This document shows, in pieces, positions 59,325 to 64,000 of a stretch of DNA of 64,000 nucleotides. The DNA is from a virus. A model generated the notes under the pieces. The model did not search any database and was not told the DNA's origin. It was given only the letters and a program-made list of their open reading frames with translations. Positions within the stretch are counted from its first letter, which is position 1. Each line of letters opens with the position of its first letter. The translations under genes and the position numbers were made by a program. The stretch covers positions 6,208 to 70,207 of IMG/VR virus record IMGVR_UViG_3300033153_007277; one strand, given 5' to 3'.

Positions 59325-59897
59325 ATGATTGATGAAACAAAAATAGGAGGATTCGTATTTGGTATCATTCCCAACGAACAAACCCCCAAAACACCTCAAA
59401 TCCTAGACATTCAGAACTTCATATCTACCCAAAAAGAACAGATAGAAGCCTTTAAGGATTACATATACATAATCACCAGATGTATTGGAATGGCAGCTAA
59501 TCAATGTTCGATAGATGGAGAGAGGTTTAACGTAAGAATGGCAGTTGTTAAAGACTTAGAGACAAGAGAATCTATAATTGCTATCGAGCCAAAAATAGTT
59601 GGAAAGAGAGGGTTGTACAGGAACAAAAAGGAAGGTTGCTTAACTTGGGGTAAAGATAAGGTGATCGTCGCTAAAAGATGGGCTGAAGTCGATGTAGAGT
59701 ACTACAATGAAGAAGGTGAGTTAGTCAAGGAGACTGCCAAAGGTTTTAAAGCCCAGGTATGGCAGCATGAAATCAATCACCTCGATGGAATTGAAGAAGA
59801 TGTCAGGGATATGATTCATGTTTCTGACAAAACGAATAGGAATGACCCATGTCCATGTGGATCTGGGAAGAAATACAAAAAGTGCTGCATTGTTTAA
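59325..59897 (+). CDS. def: peptide deformylase with C-terminal SEC-C motif
   Basis: IGMAANQ, EGCLT, QHEINHLDG; RNDPCPCGSGKKYKKCC. Confidence 0.92.
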   Translation: MIDETKIGGFVFGIIPNEQTPKTPQILDIQNFISTQKEQIEAFKDYIYIITRCIGMAANQCSIDGERFNVRMAVVKDLETRESIIAIEPKIVGKRGLYRNKKEGCLTWGKDKVIVAKRWAEVDVEYYNEEGELVKETAKGFKAQVWQHEINHLDGIEEDVRDMIHVSDKTNRNDPCPCGSGKKYKKCCIV

Positions 59898-59913
59898 TTA
59901 AATCACTATCATC

Positions 59914-60186
59914 ATGGCAGAAGAAAATGAAGAAATAGAGAATCCACCAGCGTTTCCTAAAACTGGAAATTTTGATGAAAATCAAGGAAGTGAATATGAT
60001 TCAGAAGATCAATGTGGGATGACATTACGCGATTACTTCGCGGCTAAACATTTACAAGGAGTTTCAGGAGATAGGGAAATGTGGACTTCAATGTGTATGG
60101 ATAGCAAAGGTAATCCAGTTCGTCACATTGCCGAAGAAAGCTATAGAATGGCAGATGAAATGCTTAAAGCAAGACTTAAAAAATAG
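59914..60186 (+). CDS. conserved phage protein (PAFP...GMTLRDYFAAK family)
   Basis: PAFP, GMTLRDYFAAK, Y..AD.ML.AR. Confidence 0.8.
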   Translation: MAEENEEIENPPAFPKTGNFDENQGSEYDSEDQCGMTLRDYFAAKHLQGVSGDREMWTSMCMDSKGNPVRHIAEESYRMADEMLKARLKK

Positions 60187-60205
60187 TTTAATTTAAAATA
60201 ACGAA

Positions 60206-60403
60206 ATGAAAAATCAAAGAAACAAATCAAACGTAACGAAATGTATTGACTCCGTAAGAGGTGGGTTCAAAGTGACAACCGAAGAAACTGGAGTAATGGT
60301 TTTCTCAAAGAGAGATCAGGCAGCTAAGTTCTTGAAAGGTAAGGGATTTACTGGACCATTCGTAGATAGAGTTGGAGATCATCAGAGTATAGTTGGGAGG
60401 TAG
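60206..60403 (+). CDS. hypothetical protein
   Basis: ATG ORF. Confidence 0.55.
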   Translation: MKNQRNKSNVTKCIDSVRGGFKVTTEETGVMVFSKRDQAAKFLKGKGFTGPFVDRVGDHQSIVGR

Positions 60404-60404
60404 T

Positions 60405-60435
60405 TTTGGAGTTAACGATATTTTACCTACCTTTG
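60405..60435 (+). promoter_or_regulatory. Bacteroidota sigma-A promoter
   Basis: TTTG-N19-TACCTTTG. Confidence 0.65.
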
Positions 60436-60528
60436 TGTCTTATTAAGTACCGAACTAAGTTCGCGTCTCACATTTGATTAAACATACTTAGTGGCTTGCA
60501 TCTCCGATTGCTCGGGGTCCACACATTT

Positions 60529-60565
60529 AAAGAGTTTATGAGGTGAGACGCATAAGCTCTTTTTT
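60529..60565 (+). terminator. terminator/attenuator hairpin
   Basis: AAAGAGTTTATG/CATAAGCTCTTT stem and T run. Confidence 0.65.
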
Positions 60566-60876
60566 GTGTGCTTAAAAATACGATAAGCCGAGCAGTTCAA
60601 ATGGAACACTGCCCACACAAAATCCTAGATAAGGTTTATTAGAGTTTTATGACACCCGATGTTAAGATGTAGTAGCAATGTCTAGCCGACAACTACTGAC
60701 CTGCAAGATTTAAAAGATCGACATTGGACCTTAAAGAACAAAGAGTTGAGAAGCTTGAGTCACGTTAAACGTCAGGGATAGGAAGTGTGTTATTGGCTTA
60801 GTCTAAGGTAGACATATTCGGGTAGGTAGTACTTGCAGGGATATAAGGTTTATAATGCCTAAAACTAAATTGAATT

Positions 60877-61200
60877 ATGGGTAAAGAAGATTGTAAACAT
60901 CCTAAGAACGTAATAAGAACCATAAATAACGGAGGGTCTTACTGTGGGATATGCTTAGAAACTAATCTTTATAATAAAGTCGTTAAGAATGAAGATGGGA
61001 ATGAAGTTTTTAAAGGAACTGTTTGGGAGTGTGACGAATGGATAAAGAATAACACGAAAAAAGATAAGCCAAAATGGTTTTATTTGTGGAAACTATTAAC
61101 GATGGAAATGAACCCCGTCTTAGGGTGGATATTCGCGTTAATATTATTACCATTCTTTACACTAGGGTTTGCGATTTTAATAATTAAAAACAACCAATAA
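60877..61200 (+). CDS. hypothetical protein with Zn motif and C-terminal TM
   Basis: CKH...CGIC; hydrophobic tail. Confidence 0.6.
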   Translation: MGKEDCKHPKNVIRTINNGGSYCGICLETNLYNKVVKNEDGNEVFKGTVWECDEWIKNNTKKDKPKWFYLWKLLTMEMNPVLGWIFALILLPFFTLGFAILIIKNNQ

Positions 61201-61225
61201 AGGTTAAATTAAAGTAATCACTATC

Positions 61226-61522
61226 ATGAAAACACCGATGCAAGAATTAATCGAAAGATTTGAAACGGGAAGACAGCACCATGAAGAACGAATGAACGAG
61301 AAGGGATTATCTCCAACAGAAAAGAACAGAGCATCTTATTTATTTCATCATTGTGACTCTGTTATTTCAATAGCAAGCGAATTAATGAAAAAAGAAAAGC
61401 AAATTATAATAGATGCTTACGAAGTTCAAAAATTTGGATTATATGCAATGACTGACACAGGAATACAAGACACTGCGATAAAGTCTGGAGAACAATACTA
61501 CAAAGAAACATTCAATAAGTAA
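61226..61522 (+). CDS. hypothetical protein
   Basis: MKTPMQELIE...EK.QIIDAY...EQYYKETF pattern. Confidence 0.7.
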   Translation: MKTPMQELIERFETGRQHHEERMNEKGLSPTEKNRASYLFHHCDSVISIASELMKKEKQIIIDAYEVQKFGLYAMTDTGIQDTAIKSGEQYYKETFNK

Positions 61523-61532
61523 AATCACCATA

Positions 61533-61778
61533 ATGAGTAGCGAAATACATTATTGGGTAGGAAATATAACGGGATACATCTTTAGCACAACCAATAAGTG
61601 TCCCATGAAGAAGCCCCCCGACAGACTGAAATACCTGGGCTACACCACCGACCCCTTCTGGCCCAAAACAATGAACACTGGCAGAATATTACACAAGGAG
61701 GCCAACCATAAATTAGCAAAGAAAAGAAGGCAAAGAATTAAGAAGCTGCTTAAACAATCAAAACAAATGATACCGTAA
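61533..61778 (+). CDS. hypothetical basic protein
   Basis: ATG after aaaatcaccata leader. Confidence 0.55.
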   Translation: MSSEIHYWVGNITGYIFSTTNKCPMKKPPDRLKYLGYTTDPFWPKTMNTGRILHKEANHKLAKKRRQRIKKLLKQSKQMIP

Positions 61779-61953
61779 TATTACAGCAAAATTACAAGAG
61801 CTTTGCCAGTGCCCTTATTGGAGGGAGTAGTAACGGAAGTGGGCTTGTATGAAATTACGGAAGCGGCTAAACTTCCGCTAGATTGTTTAAGGGGAGGGGT
61901 GAAAGTCTAAGAGATTAGTAACCCCTTTTTTAATAAAATTTAAATGCACTATC

Positions 61954-62211
61954 ATGAAAACAGCAAAAGAATTTGAAAAAAAAGTAAAAGAGGAAAATAT
62001 CACAGAATGGCTTGGACATAATTGTACATTATGTGGATATCAAGTAGGGTATCATTTCATAGAAGGTAATGTTTACTATGACAATGGATGCGATTGCACT
62101 AACGGAAAAAACTTAAATCCACGTACGTGGGAGGATGTAGCAGAACGATATAATATGCAGACACATCCTGATGTAATAAAAAGAATGAATAACTTCTGGA
62201 AGTTTAAATAA
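61954..62211 (+). CDS. small zinc-binding protein
   Basis: CTLC...GCDC. Confidence 0.65.
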   Translation: MKTAKEFEKKVKEENITEWLGHNCTLCGYQVGYHFIEGNVYYDNGCDCTNGKNLNPRTWEDVAERYNMQTHPDVIKRMNNFWKFK

Positions 62212-62236
62212 CCGTTCAATAAGTAAAATCACTATC

Positions 62237-62488
62237 ATGGATAACCTGCAATTATTAAACGAGCTGATGGGTCTGGTAAACGACAAACCAAGGTCATCAA
62301 TGCAATACATGAAGTTCTACGATCAGATAAAGCTATTAACTGAAAGGCATAAAAAGGTTAGATTCAGAATAGCATCGGATGGTACGATTAAGGAACAGAA
62401 ATTTGTGCCAGATGATTGGATTAGAATTGAAGAGAAGAATGGTGTTACGAGTGTCGTGATACAGAGTAAATTAAATCAGGAGAGATGA
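62237..62488 (+). CDS. hypothetical protein
   Basis: ATG after AAATCACTATC leader. Confidence 0.65.
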   Translation: MDNLQLLNELMGLVNDKPRSSMQYMKFYDQIKLLTERHKKVRFRIASDGTIKEQKFVPDDWIRIEEKNGVTSVVIQSKLNQER

Positions 62489-62859
62489 ATACAAAACACA
62501 CACCAGGAGAATGGACGGCTAACTTATCAGGGACATTATCTTCTGTAAAGAGTGGAATCACAAATGTGGCTTTAATGATAGGAAGCAATACTCATTATGA
62601 TGAGGATGCTAGAGACCCAACAAAGGAATCGTGGTTGAATTACAGAAAAAGAACAGAACCACTTAGACACAAGGAAGAAAAAGAAACAGAAGCCAACGCT
62701 AAACTAATAGCAGCAGCCCCCGACATGCTACAAGCCCTCAACGAAATAATCGAGTACAACCTACAGCAAGCCGAAGATCAGTATGGAGATAGGGAGAAAG
62801 CGGAAAGCTGGGCATGTGTTAGGAAAGCTAGGGAAGCAATTAAAAAAGCAACGTTATGA
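62485..62859 (+). CDS. conserved phage protein (HTPGxW...ANAxLIAAAP family)
   Basis: KHTPGEW and EANAKLIAAAPDMLQAL. Confidence 0.8.
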   Translation: MNTKHTPGEWTANLSGTLSSVKSGITNVALMIGSNTHYDEDARDPTKESWLNYRKRTEPLRHKEEKETEANAKLIAAAPDMLQALNEIIEYNLQQAEDQYGDREKAESWACVRKAREAIKKATL

Positions 62860-63068
62860 AAAAATATCTTACAGGATACAAGCTTAATGAGTTACAGTCA
62901 TTAAATACGCATGGGCTATGTTATACCCTTAAAATAAAAGTCGTTAAGTTTTTTGGATTAATAAAAAGAGTCCATAAACAACAATTCATCATTCCTTATG
63001 GTAATGACACGAAGGCGTATGAAAAGTTTTGGGATGGACTAATAGCTGACAAAAGACCTTTGCCATGA
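62856..63068 (+). CDS. hypothetical protein
   Basis: ATGA-coupled ORF. Confidence 0.55.
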   Translation: MKKYLTGYKLNELQSLNTHGLCYTLKIKVVKFFGLIKRVHKQQFIIPYGNDTKAYEKFWDGLIADKRPLP

Positions 63069-63379
63069 AAAGAGTAGTAATCAATAACAACGAGCCAACG
63101 ATATCCTTAGCAAGTGTAACAGGAGACAACATTTACGTCTACATGACTGGAACTGGCAGGTTGTTCTTGCTGTCTAGGTTAGGAAGGAAACATGTTCCAG
63201 ATAAGAGAGGTGAATATCATCATGGATTTGTACCACTATCAACAACCAATGAGGTGCCAGTGTTTCTGGGGGATAGCATGAGGGAGTCGATAACTAAGGC
63301 TGCGGCATCTGGTAATAATATTATGGAGTTTGAAAATCTTACTGCCTTAATGAAGTGGAAATTAAAAATATCGTCATGA
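63065..63379 (+). CDS. hypothetical protein
   Basis: ATGA-coupled ORF. Confidence 0.6.
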   Translation: MKRVVINNNEPTISLASVTGDNIYVYMTGTGRLFLLSRLGRKHVPDKRGEYHHGFVPLSTTNEVPVFLGDSMRESITKAAASGNNIMEFENLTALMKWKLKISS

Positions 63380-63741
63380 GAGAAATAAAATTTAAAGTAT
63401 TTGCAGACGGAAAGATGTACGAACCTTTTAAATTAAATTGGTTAAAAAATAATAGCGGAAGACCAGATGATTTTAATAGTACTAATTTTTCAGAAGGTGT
63501 AATATTTCTGCAGTGGACAGGATTAAAAGACAAGGATCAGAAAGAGGTCTACGATGGTGACATATTAGAGATAGATGGTCACAGAATCGTTAAGGTAGAA
63601 TGGAAAGAGGTCATGGGGTTGTGGGATTTGGTTTTTGTTTCAGATAAATTTGATAAGAAATTCCTCGGATGCCCAATGGCGAGAGTCAATTCAAGAGGAA
63701 AGGTGATTGGAAATATCCACCAAGACCCAGATTTATTATGA
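63376..63741 (+). CDS. YopX-family protein
   Basis: MREIKF, QWTGLKDK...EVYDGDIL, KVIGNIH..PDLL. Confidence 0.88.
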   Translation: MREIKFKVFADGKMYEPFKLNWLKNNSGRPDDFNSTNFSEGVIFLQWTGLKDKDQKEVYDGDILEIDGHRIVKVEWKEVMGLWDLVFVSDKFDKKFLGCPMARVNSRGKVIGNIHQDPDLL

Positions 63742-63974
63742 GCTGGCAAGATAAAATGTCCCAGAAGGACCGCGACTACCTCATCTCCACCGGAATAATC
63801 AATATCAACAGTCCAAAGCCAATCGGCTATAAGCTGGTGTGGAGATTTGGGGGAAAGGATGAGTTATTAACTCCTCAAAAGGTGCCATATAATTATTGTG
63901 CTACGATTAGGAAGAGGAAGGAGAAGGAATCTCAGTATCGGGCTGGGAGGTTTATTATTTTACCAATTTATTAG
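63738..63974 (+). CDS. hypothetical protein
   Basis: ATG at 63738 (MSWQDK) coupled to the YopX stop. Confidence 0.55.
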   Translation: MSWQDKMSQKDRDYLISTGIININSPKPIGYKLVWRFGGKDELLTPQKVPYNYCATIRKRKEKESQYRAGRFIILPIY

Positions 63975-64000
63975 TGATATGAAGGAATTAAATTTATTAG

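Overview
This window is most of a dsDNA podovirus-type phage genome infecting a Bacteroidota host. Host-type TAnnTTTG promoters, the DUF3127 SSB and the absence of Shine-Dalgarno sites point to that host. The structural module resembles crAss-like/phi14:2-like phages, but no virion RNA polymerase is recognisable. Layout: (1) 1-9.9 kb, + strand, replication and small genes (primase-helicase, DUF1064 nuclease, two SSB-like proteins, two NUMOD4-HNH endonucleases). (2) 9.9-51.2 kb, - strand, late block read leftward: terminase, portal, scaffold, major capsid, three ring proteins, muzzle, three ejection proteins, tail, lysis. (3) 51.2-52.4 kb, - strand, RNA gene cluster. (4) 52.4-53.8 kb, non-coding divergence region. 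(5) 53.8-64 kb, + strand, early small genes, including a peptide deformylase fused to SEC-C. The most striking signals are RNA-level. One is a circularly permuted, very compact two-piece tmRNA (tag AKVINLFTPQLRVAA). Another is a set of five tRNA-shaped RNAs, none with a canonical 7-nt anticodon loop; some carry 56-138 nt structured inserts. A third is a covarying pseudoknotted RNA element placed in front of both NUMOD4-HNH genes. All protein calls are from motif recognition by eye and all RNA folds are manual; no searches were run.
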